This document shows positions 18,510 to 28,031 of a stretch of DNA of 64,000 bases, in pieces. Source of the stretch: an uncultured virus (IMG/VR IMGVR_UViG_3300032323_004022) (Duplodnaviria; Heunggongvirae; Uroviricota; Caudoviricetes); the IMG/VR virus record IMGVR_UViG_3300032323_004022; one strand, 5' to 3'. The notes under the pieces are model-generated. The model saw nothing but the letters and a program-made list of their open reading frames with translations, had not been told where the DNA came from and made no database searches. The first letter of the stretch is position 1; every line of letters begins with the position of its first letter. Made by a program: the position numbers and the translations under genes.

Positions 18510-19015
18510 AGTAATGGTGCTTTCCTATCTCTAATTGATAAAATTGGATCTTGAGTCAACCAATCAATATCTACTTTCGTGTCAAGTGGATTCACAGACT
18601 TTTGATCATCTACATCTGGGTAATTACCATCATACGACCACTTATAATGAAAAATCGCTTGTTCACTTAAAACTAAATGACCATTCAAATATCCTGGAGG
18701 TACTAAAACACTTGTAATTATATTATCTTCAGAATCTAAAATAAAACTAGAATGATCTAAATATTGATTACTATTTTTATCAAAATTTACAACTACTAAT
18801 TGAATTTTTCCATAAAGACAAGAAATCAGCTTCCATGACTTATCTGTGTGCAATCCTCTTAAAACATTTTTTTTAGATACTGCAATTTTGTCATGATTGA
18901 ATGACAAATCAGAACATTCAGATTGCTCCCATATTGTAAAAAGTTCACCCCTATGATCTTTAAATTTATCATGGGTAATTTTCGACACATTTGTTAACAA
19001 ATCAATTTTAGCCAT
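18506..19015 (-). CDS. rmlC: dTDP-4-dehydrorhamnose 3,5-epimerase family protein
   Basis: F.DHRG, S.KNVLRGLH, VPPG..NGH.VLS, PILS.RD. Confidence 0.8.
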   Translation of the reverse strand: MAKIDLLTNVSKITHDKFKDHRGELFTIWEQSECSDLSFNHDKIAVSKKNVLRGLHTDKSWKLISCLYGKIQLVVVNFDKNSNQYLDHSSFILDSEDNIITSVLVPPGYLNGHLVLSEQAIFHYKWSYDGNYPDVDDQKSVNPLDTKVDIDWLTQDPILSIRDRKAPLL

Positions 19016-20171
19016 TCAAAACCTCAAGCAACTTAATAATTTTTTCCTTTTCAAGACCTGGGTAATTTCCCACATACCACGAAAAATTATGAATATGCTC
19101 AATATTGGGATAGTCTGAAAAACATTTGTATATTGACTTGAAGAATGGCTGCCTCATTTGATTTCCACCACCAGAAAGTCCACGTCTAAATTCTATACCA
19201 TTGTTTCTAAGTTGTTTTTCTATTTGATTTCTTTTGTTAAAATCAGCATCTTTTAGTATTACAATAAAAGCGTAATTACAATTTCCTTCAGTGTCTATAG
19301 CAACATGATACTTTTCAGGATTTAAATTTGAAATAAATAAATCAAAGTTTTCTCTTCTTTCTTGATTTTTGTCATCAAGTTTTTTAAGTTGAGAAAGACC
19401 AATTACTGCATTTATTTCTGTGCTTCTAAAATTATGTGCTGGCCTGAGAAAAATAAAATCTGGATTAAGATCAGGATTGTCCATAGCAATAGAAATTTTC
19501 ATAGAATCGCTTGTCATCTCTCTGGTCATGCCATGTGATCTTAAAGCTCGACAAACTTGGTATAATTCCCAATTATTTGTTGAAATCATACCACCTTCAA
19601 TTGTTGACATATGATGAGCAAAATAAAAACTAAAATTACTTGCAAAGCCAAAATTTCCTACCTTACATCCTTGAAAAGTAGTTCCATGTGATTCGCAAAC
19701 ATCTTCAATCAATAGAATATTATTGTCTTCACAAATTTTAAGTAACTCATCACTTAATCCATTTATTCCTAGAACGTGTGTGATAAAAATTGCTTTAGTA
19801 TTAGGTGTGATAGCAGATTTTAGCTTATCAATATCAAAAGATAGATTTGTAAAATTTACATCTACAAAAACTAATTTATGTCCAGCGAAAAGTACTGAAG
19901 ATATATCTGAAATCCAAGTTAATGGTGGAACAATAATTTCTCCTTCACCTACAATATGAGCTAAAGCAAGCATTGTAAGTTCATTTGCTGATGCTCCTGA
20001 ATTGACGAATAAATTATATTTTGTACCTAACCATTGTCCCCAAGCATTTTCAAATTCTAGTACTTTGGGCCCATTGGTAAGCTTTGGAATATTATCTTGA
20101 GAAAGAAAATCAATAACAGATTGGATATCCTCTTTATCAATATTATTATTCATTAACGGCAAGTAATACAT
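19008..20171 (-). CDS. DegT/DnrJ family PLP enzyme, ColD-like NDP-4-keto-6-deoxysugar 3-dehydratase
   Basis: VNSGASAN, EDVCESHG, SFYFAHHMSTIEGG (His rather than the catalytic Lys). Confidence 0.78.
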   Translation of the reverse strand: MYYLPLMNNNIDKEDIQSVIDFLSQDNIPKLTNGPKVLEFENAWGQWLGTKYNLFVNSGASANELTMLALAHIVGEGEIIVPPLTWISDISSVLFAGHKLVFVDVNFTNLSFDIDKLKSAITPNTKAIFITHVLGINGLSDELLKICEDNNILLIEDVCESHGTTFQGCKVGNFGFASNFSFYFAHHMSTIEGGMISTNNWELYQVCRALRSHGMTREMTSDSMKISIAMDNPDLNPDFIFLRPAHNFRSTEINAVIGLSQLKKLDDKNQERRENFDLFISNLNPEKYHVAIDTEGNCNYAFIVILKDADFNKRNQIEKQLRNNGIEFRRGLSGGGNQMRQPFFKSIYKCFSDYPNIEHIHNFSWYVGNYPGLEKEKIIKLLEVLNG

Positions 20172-21094
20172 TATTTGGAATCCTTCATATATTTCAAATC
20201 AATTAGCTTGGAGTATATTTCAAGATAAGTTGGCGGAAGGTTATCAACTTCTGGACTAAAGCCTGCAGATTTTGGTTTTAATCCTTGAGTATACACCACA
20301 TTATCTGACATCTGATTGAGTGCAGATGCAATTATTGATTGCGATCCTTCAATATAATCATCATCCAAAACAAGACCACCATATTTAGAATTTGATAAGC
20401 TTTTAATTTGATTTTTACCAATAAATAATGGCTTCAACCAAAGAATATGATAAATATTTAATTTAATATTATTTTTTTTAGCTAACTCTTTAAGTTTTTT
20501 CATTTCGAATCTTGTTATTGAAACTGCAAAAACTGAAAAATCTGGATTATCATATTCAGCGTCATCATCAAGATCTTCTGTATTATCGAAACTTTTACGA
20601 TGTTCTGAAACATAATAAGGCTCATCATCATTCAAAAAACACTCATAAACTTTAGCATATTCTTTTGGAGTCATTGGTGATGCAACTTTCACACCTGGCA
20701 TTCTTAAAAATAGTGCATGGTGAGAAGATCCAGCAACAGGACCTATACCACCCTCCATAGCAATCGATCTTACAAATACTGGGCAGGATCTTTTCCATAT
20801 TTCTTTACTTTTTGCTGCATAGTTTAATATAGAAACACAATTATACCATTGGAAACCTTGATACCTAACAATATAAATGGGTCTACTACCAGCTAAAGCT
20901 GTTCCAACTACAATTGCTCCCCCTGCTACATCAGCCATAGAGAGTTCGACCATTCCGTCTTCTTCATAAAGCTCTGGTAATGTTCCACCAACCCAACCCA
21001 CTGCAGTTAAACACTGTCCGTATGCTTTACCTTTTTTAGAAATTAAATGACCCTTTACAATATTTTTTATAGTTTCTCTAAGCGTGATTTCCAT
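20171..21094 (-). CDS. TPP-dependent dehydrogenase E1 beta / transketolase C-terminal subunit
   Basis: G.A.AG.RPI, PVFVRS, GSSH, MPG.KV..P.TP; adjacent to the E1 alpha gene. Confidence 0.75.
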   Translation of the reverse strand: MEITLRETIKNIVKGHLISKKGKAYGQCLTAVGWVGGTLPELYEEDGMVELSMADVAGGAIVVGTALAGSRPIYIVRYQGFQWYNCVSILNYAAKSKEIWKRSCPVFVRSIAMEGGIGPVAGSSHHALFLRMPGVKVASPMTPKEYAKVYECFLNDDEPYYVSEHRKSFDNTEDLDDDAEYDNPDFSVFAVSITRFEMKKLKELAKKNNIKLNIYHILWLKPLFIGKNQIKSLSNSKYGGLVLDDDYIEGSQSIIASALNQMSDNVVYTQGLKPKSAGFSPEVDNLPPTYLEIYSKLIDLKYMKDSK

Positions 21095-21897
21095 AATTGT
21101 TCTACTTTGTTTTTATTTTCTTCATCAATTTCTAAAGCCATGGATGATAAATTATTCTTCAACCATTGATATCTGTCAAAATAATCGCCATCAATACCTG
21201 CGCCAGAATGCCAAAATTTTCTTACTGTTCTAACATTTAATAACATAGGTTTTTGGAAAACATTAGAAAGATGATCATGGATTTGAACAGGATCATCTTC
21301 AATATCATAAGCTTCAACATTATATGCATTAGCTAAATCATGCATATGCCAGTTTCTTCTTATTTTTTTTTCAGTGAGAATAGATAAATTGTTATCCTCC
21401 ACTACAAATAAAATAGGAAGATTTTTTGTAGAAGCCCAGCCAATTGATGCTCCTACGTAGTCCTCTTCAGCAGAAGCATCTCCCATAAAAACAATAGTTG
21501 GATGTTTTGTCTCATAACAATGACCCACAGCAATCGGTACTTGAGAACCCATCAGTCCATCATGTCCAAAAATATTTTTTTCAATAGATTGAATTGACGC
21601 TGATCCACCCATTCCAAATGAACATCCAGTCTTAAAACCTAGCAATTCATCAATAAGTTTTACGGGATCAGCATCGAACGCTAAGTATGTTGAATGACCT
21701 CTATGTTGAATAAAAATATTCGGACTTATATTTATATCCTTGACAAAAGTAGATATAGAACATGGTGCTGATTCTTGTCCAGCTGATAAATACACAGGAA
21801 ACTTTATAGTTTTATCTTGTATTTTTTGAAAAACATAATTTTCAAAATGCCGACAAAAACTTATTTTTTTGAAAACTTCTAAATTGTAATTTTTCAT
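21067..21897 (-). CDS. TPP-dependent dehydrogenase E1 alpha subunit
   Basis: YLSAGQE, HRGH, G.GGS, TPP motif GDAS...VEDN. Confidence 0.8.
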   Translation of the reverse strand: MKNYNLEVFKKISFCRHFENYVFQKIQDKTIKFPVYLSAGQESAPCSISTFVKDINISPNIFIQHRGHSTYLAFDADPVKLIDELLGFKTGCSFGMGGSASIQSIEKNIFGHDGLMGSQVPIAVGHCYETKHPTIVFMGDASAEEDYVGASIGWASTKNLPILFVVEDNNLSILTEKKIRRNWHMHDLANAYNVEAYDIEDDPVQIHDHLSNVFQKPMLLNVRTVRKFWHSGAGIDGDYFDRYQWLKNNLSSMALEIDEENKNKVEQLWKSRLEKL

Positions 21898-21899
21898 TA

Positions 21900-22814
21900 C
21901 TAGTCTAATTTATTAACTTGCAATGTGCCTGAAGTGTAATGAGAAAAAGATGTTTTTTTATCTAAAATTTGATTATCAAAAATAGATCTATTGGTAGAAA
22001 TAAATAAATCTTCACCAAAGATTTTCATTTCGTCAATATATTCTGATTTTCTATCTTCATGAATATCATACTCACCAACATATATTGTAGTATCAATAGA
22101 AATTCTAGTTCCGCAATTTGGTTTACGATGAGTCTCATGTATTAGAGCATAGTCTACTAAATGAACTTTGCCTTTAATTGGAGTTATTTCATCAGACTGT
22201 TCATAAAACTCTAAAGTCCATTGCATATCATTGAAAGAAGGAGCTAAAGCCAACCAATCATCACTAAATTCATCAATATTTTTTGGTTTATAATGAAATA
22301 AATTATTATTTTCAACATCACCAAGCAAAGGAGTAAAACAAATAATTCCCCATGGTCCATCAATCCAAGCATCAGAGTGTGGAATACTTGTATTTAAAGG
22401 TCTTCCAAAATTTTCTTCTAACTCAACACCAAACTTAATTCTTACATTTGGAGTCATTCGAATTTTATTTAATAATTCTGGTTTACCACCAATCATATCA
22501 TTGACAAGTTTTGACCAAGATCTTAGTACCAAATTAAATTCCAGTTGATATTCTTTTTTTGGAACTACTGCACCATTGGGAGTGATATTTTCTTTATATG
22601 ATCTTTTACTATCAAGCCTATTAATGAATTCAGTTTCATCAGAAGTAAATTCAAAATCAAATGCTTTTGAAATATAAAGCATAACGCTAAACTTGAAATC
22701 AAATAGCAAATTAGACGGGGGATCATACTGAAGCATCAAATCATTTAATTTGTTGAGAGACCATGCTTTCTGTAGTTCTTCGAATCTTTTCTTTCTTTCT
22801 GGATAACTAGACAT
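21900..22814 (-). CDS. Hypothetical protein, possible Fe(II)/2OG-dioxygenase-like fold
   Basis: PHSDAW (HxD), later H (LIHET) and RISID. Confidence 0.45.
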   Translation of the reverse strand: MSSYPERKKRFEELQKAWSLNKLNDLMLQYDPPSNLLFDFKFSVMLYISKAFDFEFTSDETEFINRLDSKRSYKENITPNGAVVPKKEYQLEFNLVLRSWSKLVNDMIGGKPELLNKIRMTPNVRIKFGVELEENFGRPLNTSIPHSDAWIDGPWGIICFTPLLGDVENNNLFHYKPKNIDEFSDDWLALAPSFNDMQWTLEFYEQSDEITPIKGKVHLVDYALIHETHRKPNCGTRISIDTTIYVGEYDIHEDRKSEYIDEMKIFGEDLFISTNRSIFDNQILDKKTSFSHYTSGTLQVNKLD

Positions 22815-22831
22815 TCAAATACCTCAATATA

Positions 22832-23503
22832 TTATATGATGTTTTTCTCAATTACTAAAACTTTAGTATTTGGAATAACATTTTTAAAAACACTAATAAT
22901 TTTTTTTGCTATAGAATTATTAATAATGTCGCCAGGATTTACTAGCGAAACACCATATTCAGTAACAATACCACCACTTAAAATAATAAAATTCACAGAG
23001 TCATCGTGGTTATCAAAAAATGATGCATCTGTAATTGTGTAAATTTTTAATAAACAATCAGCATATTCAGAAAAATTTAATTCATAATTTTCGTTTATTG
23101 ACAAACAATCATCAGATTTAGGAACTTCGAATTCTTCACCCTCGTATGGAAGGCCTTTTCTACCATAATAATCATCAAATCTGACTAAATCTTGTTTGTT
23201 ATTTGGTGTCTCAATTTCGAAAACTATTGAACCATTTTCACTTATTGATTTTGTTGAATGAAACAAACTTTTTCTTATCATAACTTTATCCAATTCATTT
23301 ACTTCAAATGAATTGGAAAAGAATGACACTAAGCACTTTCCACTTAAGACCGTTAATCCTGTTGTTTTATTAGGATGACAATGCATAGATGTAGATTGAT
23401 TTTTACCAATATGCAAAGCCCACAAAGCAACTTCAGCATTTTCAAACACTAAATATTCGTGTCCCCAAGGCTTTTTGACTATTTTATCATTGTAAGATTT
23501 CAT
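22832..23503 (-). CDS. Cupin protein (mannose-6-phosphate isomerase type II-like)
   Basis: V.KPWG.E, TSMHCHP.K, H, EIETP...D.VR..D.YGR. Confidence 0.75.
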   Translation of the reverse strand: MKSYNDKIVKKPWGHEYLVFENAEVALWALHIGKNQSTSMHCHPNKTTGLTVLSGKCLVSFFSNSFEVNELDKVMIRKSLFHSTKSISENGSIVFEIETPNNKQDLVRFDDYYGRKGLPYEGEEFEVPKSDDCLSINENYELNFSEYADCLLKIYTITDASFFDNHDDSVNFIILSGGIVTEYGVSLVNPGDIINNSIAKKIISVFKNVIPNTKVLVIEKNII

Positions 23504-23530
23504 TTTAAAATTTATTTTTAAATCAAATTG

Positions 23531-24070
23531 TTATGATCTTTTTTCATGCACTTCAAAAGCAGTTTTGAGCCATAATCCCATAAAATCATAATGTGGGCAA
23601 GAAATGATATTTTCATCAACCACTACTGGGCTTCTATCGTAAGTAGCACCAGCATTTTCGATATCAACATCAATTGAGTAATAACCAGACATAACTCTGC
23701 CGTTCAAAATTTTTGCTGAAATCAATAACTGAGCGCCATTACAAATACAGAAAATTGTTTTATTTTTAGAATTCCACTGTCGAATAAATTCTAAAACACC
23801 CTTTTCTTGTCGTAATTTTTCAAGTGCTTTGACACCACCAGGAACTACTAATATTTCATATTCATCAAGATATGCTTTGCGATTATTGTCATCTTCAAAA
23901 ATTTTTGTTTCAACATCACAAGGCATATGGGTTCCTAAGCTACCCCAAATTTTTCCAACTTGATTAGCCATTAATGTCACATCAAAGCCATGTTCTTTGA
24001 GCGAATAATATGGGTAAATAAGTTCGTGATCTTGGTACTTTTCCCAAGTAATAATCAATGCTTTTTTCAT
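23531..24070 (-). CDS. DJ-1/PfpI family protein
   Basis: QD.ELIYP, VVPGG, nucleophile elbow ICNGAQLL, VVVD.N.IS. Confidence 0.85.
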   Translation of the reverse strand: MKKALIITWEKYQDHELIYPYYSLKEHGFDVTLMANQVGKIWGSLGTHMPCDVETKIFEDDNNRKAYLDEYEILVVPGGVKALEKLRQEKGVLEFIRQWNSKNKTIFCICNGAQLLISAKILNGRVMSGYYSIDVDIENAGATYDRSPVVVDENIISCPHYDFMGLWLKTAFEVHEKRS

Positions 24071-25579
24071 TTAATCACCTAATAACTTCCTTTTTAATTT
24101 TATCTTCAAAGTATTTTCCATATTTTCTCGAGCCTTAATTCCAAATTTATTTTCCAATAATTTTAAGTAATCTGGATTGGAATTGTAAGCGATAAAAGCT
24201 TTGTCTCTAAAAGCTACAATCTCTTCAGCCTTTAAGTTGTCGTTAGACAAATTCAACATATCGTAAGAATGTTGACTATACCCTGAATATGTGTCTGGTA
24301 AATTCCATCCTTTTTGCTTAGCAGTTTTGTGTAGAGGACTGCCAGGATAAGCCATAGCACAGTAAAAATTTACCATTTCGGTTTTATTTTCTATTGCAAA
24401 ATCTAAAGTGTTTTGCATTGATTCATGTGTGTCCATAGGGAGGCCGAAAATATAATTTCCACCAATATTGATACCAGCATCTCTCATATTTTGCATAAGA
24501 TCAGTGATTTTTACGTCAACAAAATGGTCTTTGTGAATCTCTTGTCTCAAAGATTGATTTGGATTTTCAATACCTAAACCTAGCCAATTAATTCCAGCTT
24601 TTTTGAGGGTATCTAAATATTGTGGTTTGCATGTATCAACTCTTGAATATGCCCAGATATTAAAATCATATCCACGTTCAATAATTAAATTACAAATTTT
24701 TTGAAAATGATTAGGATTCAATACAAACAATTCATCAGCGATTTTAATATTGCGAACATTATTTTCAGCAAAATAATCAAATTGCTTGATTATAAATTCT
24801 GGATTCCACCATCTAAATGAATTTGAATCTTCAGATGTAATCATAGGAAGATTACTTGTTCTATTGATGATGTTAATCATACAAAAAGAACACTTATAAG
24901 GACACCCCAAACTTGTATACAAAGCTGCAAAAGGATATTGTTCTGTATTGTTGCTCCAAGAATGCCAAGGAGCAGTTCTGTATTTATCAAAGCTTGGTAA
25001 TAAGTCCCAGGCCATACCAGGGAGATCTTGTTCTAATAAGGATTTTGGAACAATTCTTTCTGGTTCATTTTTATAAATTTGTCCATCTAATTTAAATCCA
25101 ATTCCAGTGCAGTTTTTAAGCTGATCTACAGACAAATCTGTAGAAAGCAAGTTTGAGATTGCATATACGCCTTCGTTAAGTAACACGATATCAACACAAT
25201 CTTCAGAAAGAACTTCGTCTGGTAATGCAGCAACATGCCCACCAACAAATACAATAGGAGTATCTGTAAGTTGCTTCAGTAATCTAGCAATACCAACTGC
25301 TCCAGTCATGTTTTGTGAAGAAGCAGAAGGTTGTTGGCCATAAACTACAAAACAAATTACTTTTGCATTAAAATCAACAATAGTTTTGCTAGCATCTTCC
25401 CAATTCAATCTCTCGGCTTCACAATCTAAAATTGCAGCTGAAAAATTTCTAGTCCTTACGTGGTTTGCCAACATACCTGCCCATATTGGTGGTTCTATTG
25501 CAGCACTTTTTTTGCTCAAATCCTGGTAAATAATTTCTGAAGCATTGGGGTGGACAAACAAAATATCTAGTTTTCGCAT
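24071..25579 (-). CDS. Cobalamin-dependent radical SAM enzyme (class B methyltransferase-like)
   Basis: N-terminal B12-binding-like region (PP.W, VGGH..ALP, EG) and SLGCPYKCSFC (CxxxCxxC), YIFGLP, YPGS.L. Confidence 0.88.
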   Translation of the reverse strand: MRKLDILFVHPNASEIIYQDLSKKSAAIEPPIWAGMLANHVRTRNFSAAILDCEAERLNWEDASKTIVDFNAKVICFVVYGQQPSASSQNMTGAVGIARLLKQLTDTPIVFVGGHVAALPDEVLSEDCVDIVLLNEGVYAISNLLSTDLSVDQLKNCTGIGFKLDGQIYKNEPERIVPKSLLEQDLPGMAWDLLPSFDKYRTAPWHSWSNNTEQYPFAALYTSLGCPYKCSFCMINIINRTSNLPMITSEDSNSFRWWNPEFIIKQFDYFAENNVRNIKIADELFVLNPNHFQKICNLIIERGYDFNIWAYSRVDTCKPQYLDTLKKAGINWLGLGIENPNQSLRQEIHKDHFVDVKITDLMQNMRDAGINIGGNYIFGLPMDTHESMQNTLDFAIENKTEMVNFYCAMAYPGSPLHKTAKQKGWNLPDTYSGYSQHSYDMLNLSNDNLKAEEIVAFRDKAFIAYNSNPDYLKLLENKFGIKARENMENTLKIKLKRKLLGD

Positions 25580-25613
25580 ATATTTTTTACCTTAATCTCA
25601 TTACACTAACATT

Positions 25614-26633
25614 TTATAACTTTGCCCATCTAAACACTTTTTCCCACCACTTGACTGGAGAATAATTTTCTTGCCAATGCTTATGCATTGCATCAGCCAT
25701 TTGAATTCTTTTTTCTGGATTATTTAAATAATATCTAACTTTATCTACGCAGTTAGATTCATCCATAGAATCAAAATGCTCTCCAATTTTGTACCAAGAC
25801 TTATCACGATATTTCATACAGTCAGGATGAGTAGTAAGTAAAAAGCTTCCACAAGATGCTACTTCTGAAATTCTGCCTTTTCTTGTGTGATTGTTAGGAC
25901 TGAAAATTGCTTCTGTAAAACACAAGGAGATTTTTGTTTTCTTGTAAATTTCAGCATAGTCTTTTGTTGATAAAACTTGAGCTGGAAAAATATCTTTGTT
26001 GACACTTCCAGTATATGTGATAGGGAGATTAGCTTTCCGAAAGAGTTCATAATATTTAGCTCTTTCTTGAATATAAATCATTCCATTGAAGCCAACATCC
26101 GTAGTTCTATTTTCTTCAGTACATCCTTCAGTGTTAAAAACACGAGAGTCTATAGGCTGATCAATAGCATACATATTAGGAAGAATTTCTTCATACCCAT
26201 AATCACCTACTAAAAACTTACAGTATTGTGCTGCCTCAATCATTGGTATTGGAAATCTATGCTCGCCCCAAACTCTAGGCTTTTTTACCATAACTCTGAA
26301 ATTGACATGCATACTAGAAGAAGTACCTATAAACATGTCCCAAGTACAAAGAAATAATTTTTTTCCTAATTTTTTGATTACGTCTAACTCAACAGCAAAT
26401 TCATGTTCTTCGCTTACAATACAAATGTCAAAATCTCTTTTGAGAATTTCTCGATTCATTTCTTCAGGGGTTTGTATTAATCCAGGAATGTTTCCAAAAT
26501 GAAGTACATCAATTTGATAATCAGGATTATTTTCTCCGAAAGCAGCATGAAATGAACCTCTTAGTTTTTCTTGATGAGATTCTGAATTAGGGTCATGTTG
26601 ATAATAAGGCTTGTAAACGAAGAGTACTTTCAT
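25614..26633 (-). CDS. Putative glycosyltransferase (CgeB / Glyco_trans_1_2-like)
   Basis: DVGF.G....R, Y.EIY..TKI.L, KGR.SEVASCG.FLLT, YYL.NPE.R. Confidence 0.75.
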   Translation of the reverse strand: MKVLFVYKPYYQHDPNSESHQEKLRGSFHAAFGENNPDYQIDVLHFGNIPGLIQTPEEMNREILKRDFDICIVSEEHEFAVELDVIKKLGKKLFLCTWDMFIGTSSSMHVNFRVMVKKPRVWGEHRFPIPMIEAAQYCKFLVGDYGYEEILPNMYAIDQPIDSRVFNTEGCTEENRTTDVGFNGMIYIQERAKYYELFRKANLPITYTGSVNKDIFPAQVLSTKDYAEIYKKTKISLCFTEAIFSPNNHTRKGRISEVASCGSFLLTTHPDCMKYRDKSWYKIGEHFDSMDESNCVDKVRYYLNNPEKRIQMADAMHKHWQENYSPVKWWEKVFRWAKL

Positions 26634-26650
26634 AATTTTCCTATTTCCAA

Positions 26651-27589
26651 TTATAAATTGGTAAAATCTTTATTTTTATAATTTGCAATCATTTTATAAG
26701 CTTTTAATAATTCTTGAATCCCAGCGTCTAAAGAATAATCACAAAACCATCCAGTTTTTTCAAGCTTTTCATTGGAAACTACATAATTTCTTTTGTCAAA
26801 ATCCTCTTTAAATTGTTCTTCAATAATTACTAAATTAGGAACATATTCTTTGATTTTTTGAGCAAGTTGTAGCTTTGACATATTTGCAGAAGTAAGGCCT
26901 ACATTGAATGCATTGTTGTTGCAGATTTCATAATTTTCAATTAAATGAATAAAAGCCTTGGCAACATCTCTTACATGAACATAGTTTCTTAAAAAATGTG
27001 ATTCAAAAAGAACTAAAAATTCATCAGTGAATGCTCGGTAAACAAAATCATTTACAAGCAAATCCATTCTTTGCCTGTAAGAAACTCCAAATACTGTAGC
27101 TAATCTCAAAGAAATACCATTACCCCATTCTAAAACACGCTTTTCTGCATCGCATTTTGTTTGTGCATATAGAGAAAGAGGATTGAATGGACTTTCTTCT
27201 GTGATGATTGTTTCAGAGCTTCCATATTGAGAGTTTGTATTAGGGACTAACAATTTCTGACTTGGTTGAATTATTTCAACAATGTCTTTAATTTGTTGAT
27301 AATTTACAGCTATAGTTAAACCTGAATCTTTTTTACAAGCTGGCATACCTACAATTGCAGCTAATGGAATGATGATGTCATGAGTTTCTACTAGACTTGT
27401 AAGAAGCTTGGTATCTCGTACATCTCCAACAACAAGCTGAAAGTTATTTTTATGACAGAAAGACGTAAGAGAAAGCTGTTTGTATGTCAAATTGTCTAAC
27501 ACTGTAACTGCATAGCCTTTAGATAATAAAACTTCAGTAAGTGTTGAGCCCAAATATCCAGCTCCACCAGTAATTAAAACTTTTTCCAT
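26651..27589 (-). CDS. NAD-dependent epimerase/dehydratase (extended SDR)
   Basis: VLITGGAGYLGS, LAAIVG.PAC, YAQTK, LRLATVFG.S.R.R.DLLVN. Confidence 0.88.
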   Translation of the reverse strand: MEKVLITGGAGYLGSTLTEVLLSKGYAVTVLDNLTYKQLSLTSFCHKNNFQLVVGDVRDTKLLTSLVETHDIIIPLAAIVGMPACKKDSGLTIAVNYQQIKDIVEIIQPSQKLLVPNTNSQYGSSETIITEESPFNPLSLYAQTKCDAEKRVLEWGNGISLRLATVFGVSYRQRMDLLVNDFVYRAFTDEFLVLFESHFLRNYVHVRDVAKAFIHLIENYEICNNNAFNVGLTSANMSKLQLAQKIKEYVPNLVIIEEQFKEDFDKRNYVVSNEKLEKTGWFCDYSLDAGIQELLKAYKMIANYKNKDFTNL

Positions 27590-27990
27590 TACCAGCTAAT
27601 CTCCCAACCTTTGAAGTCAGCAGCGAGACAATCAATCTTATAATCTTTTCTACCACCACAAACTTCTTGAATTTTATTTTTAGCAGTATTTCTAATTCCA
27701 TTCAATCCATGAGTTAGTTCAAGATTGTTTCCATCCTTGATACCCTTACGATAGTTAGTTTCATTATGCCAAATATGCAAATTCATTTGCGAAAGAACAA
27801 CAATTGCACGAATCACCTCTGCATCTACAACAGCATCATTTTCATCAAGATGTGCCTGGATATCATGAACAATTGCAGCAATTTCCTCTGCATATTCAGA
27901 CTTATGTTCAGTTATAAAAACTTCTTTGAGCTGAACAATTGAAAGACGATCAACAAGCTCAGATAAAGTTGGAAGATACTTACGATTCAT
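27589..27990 (-). CDS. Conserved hypothetical helical protein of sugar clusters
   Basis: Start moved to ATG 27990 (MNRKYLPTLSELVDRLSI.QLKE); the longer 28083 start would overlap the next gene. Confidence 0.65.
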   Translation of the reverse strand: MNRKYLPTLSELVDRLSIVQLKEVFITEHKSEYAEEIAAIVHDIQAHLDENDAVVDAEVIRAIVVLSQMNLHIWHNETNYRKGIKDGNNLELTHGLNGIRNTAKNKIQEVCGGRKDYKIDCLAADFKGWEISW

Positions 27991-28031
27991 AAAATCATTA
28001 TACCAATATATCCGTATAATGATTTTATGAA
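27986..28031. promoter_or_regulatory. Perfect 18-bp inverted repeat forming back-to-back leaderless promoters
   Basis: TTCATAAAATCATTATAC-caatatatcc-GTATAATGATTTTATGAA; each arm contains TATAAT, 6 nt and the ATG of a divergent gene. Confidence 0.8.
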
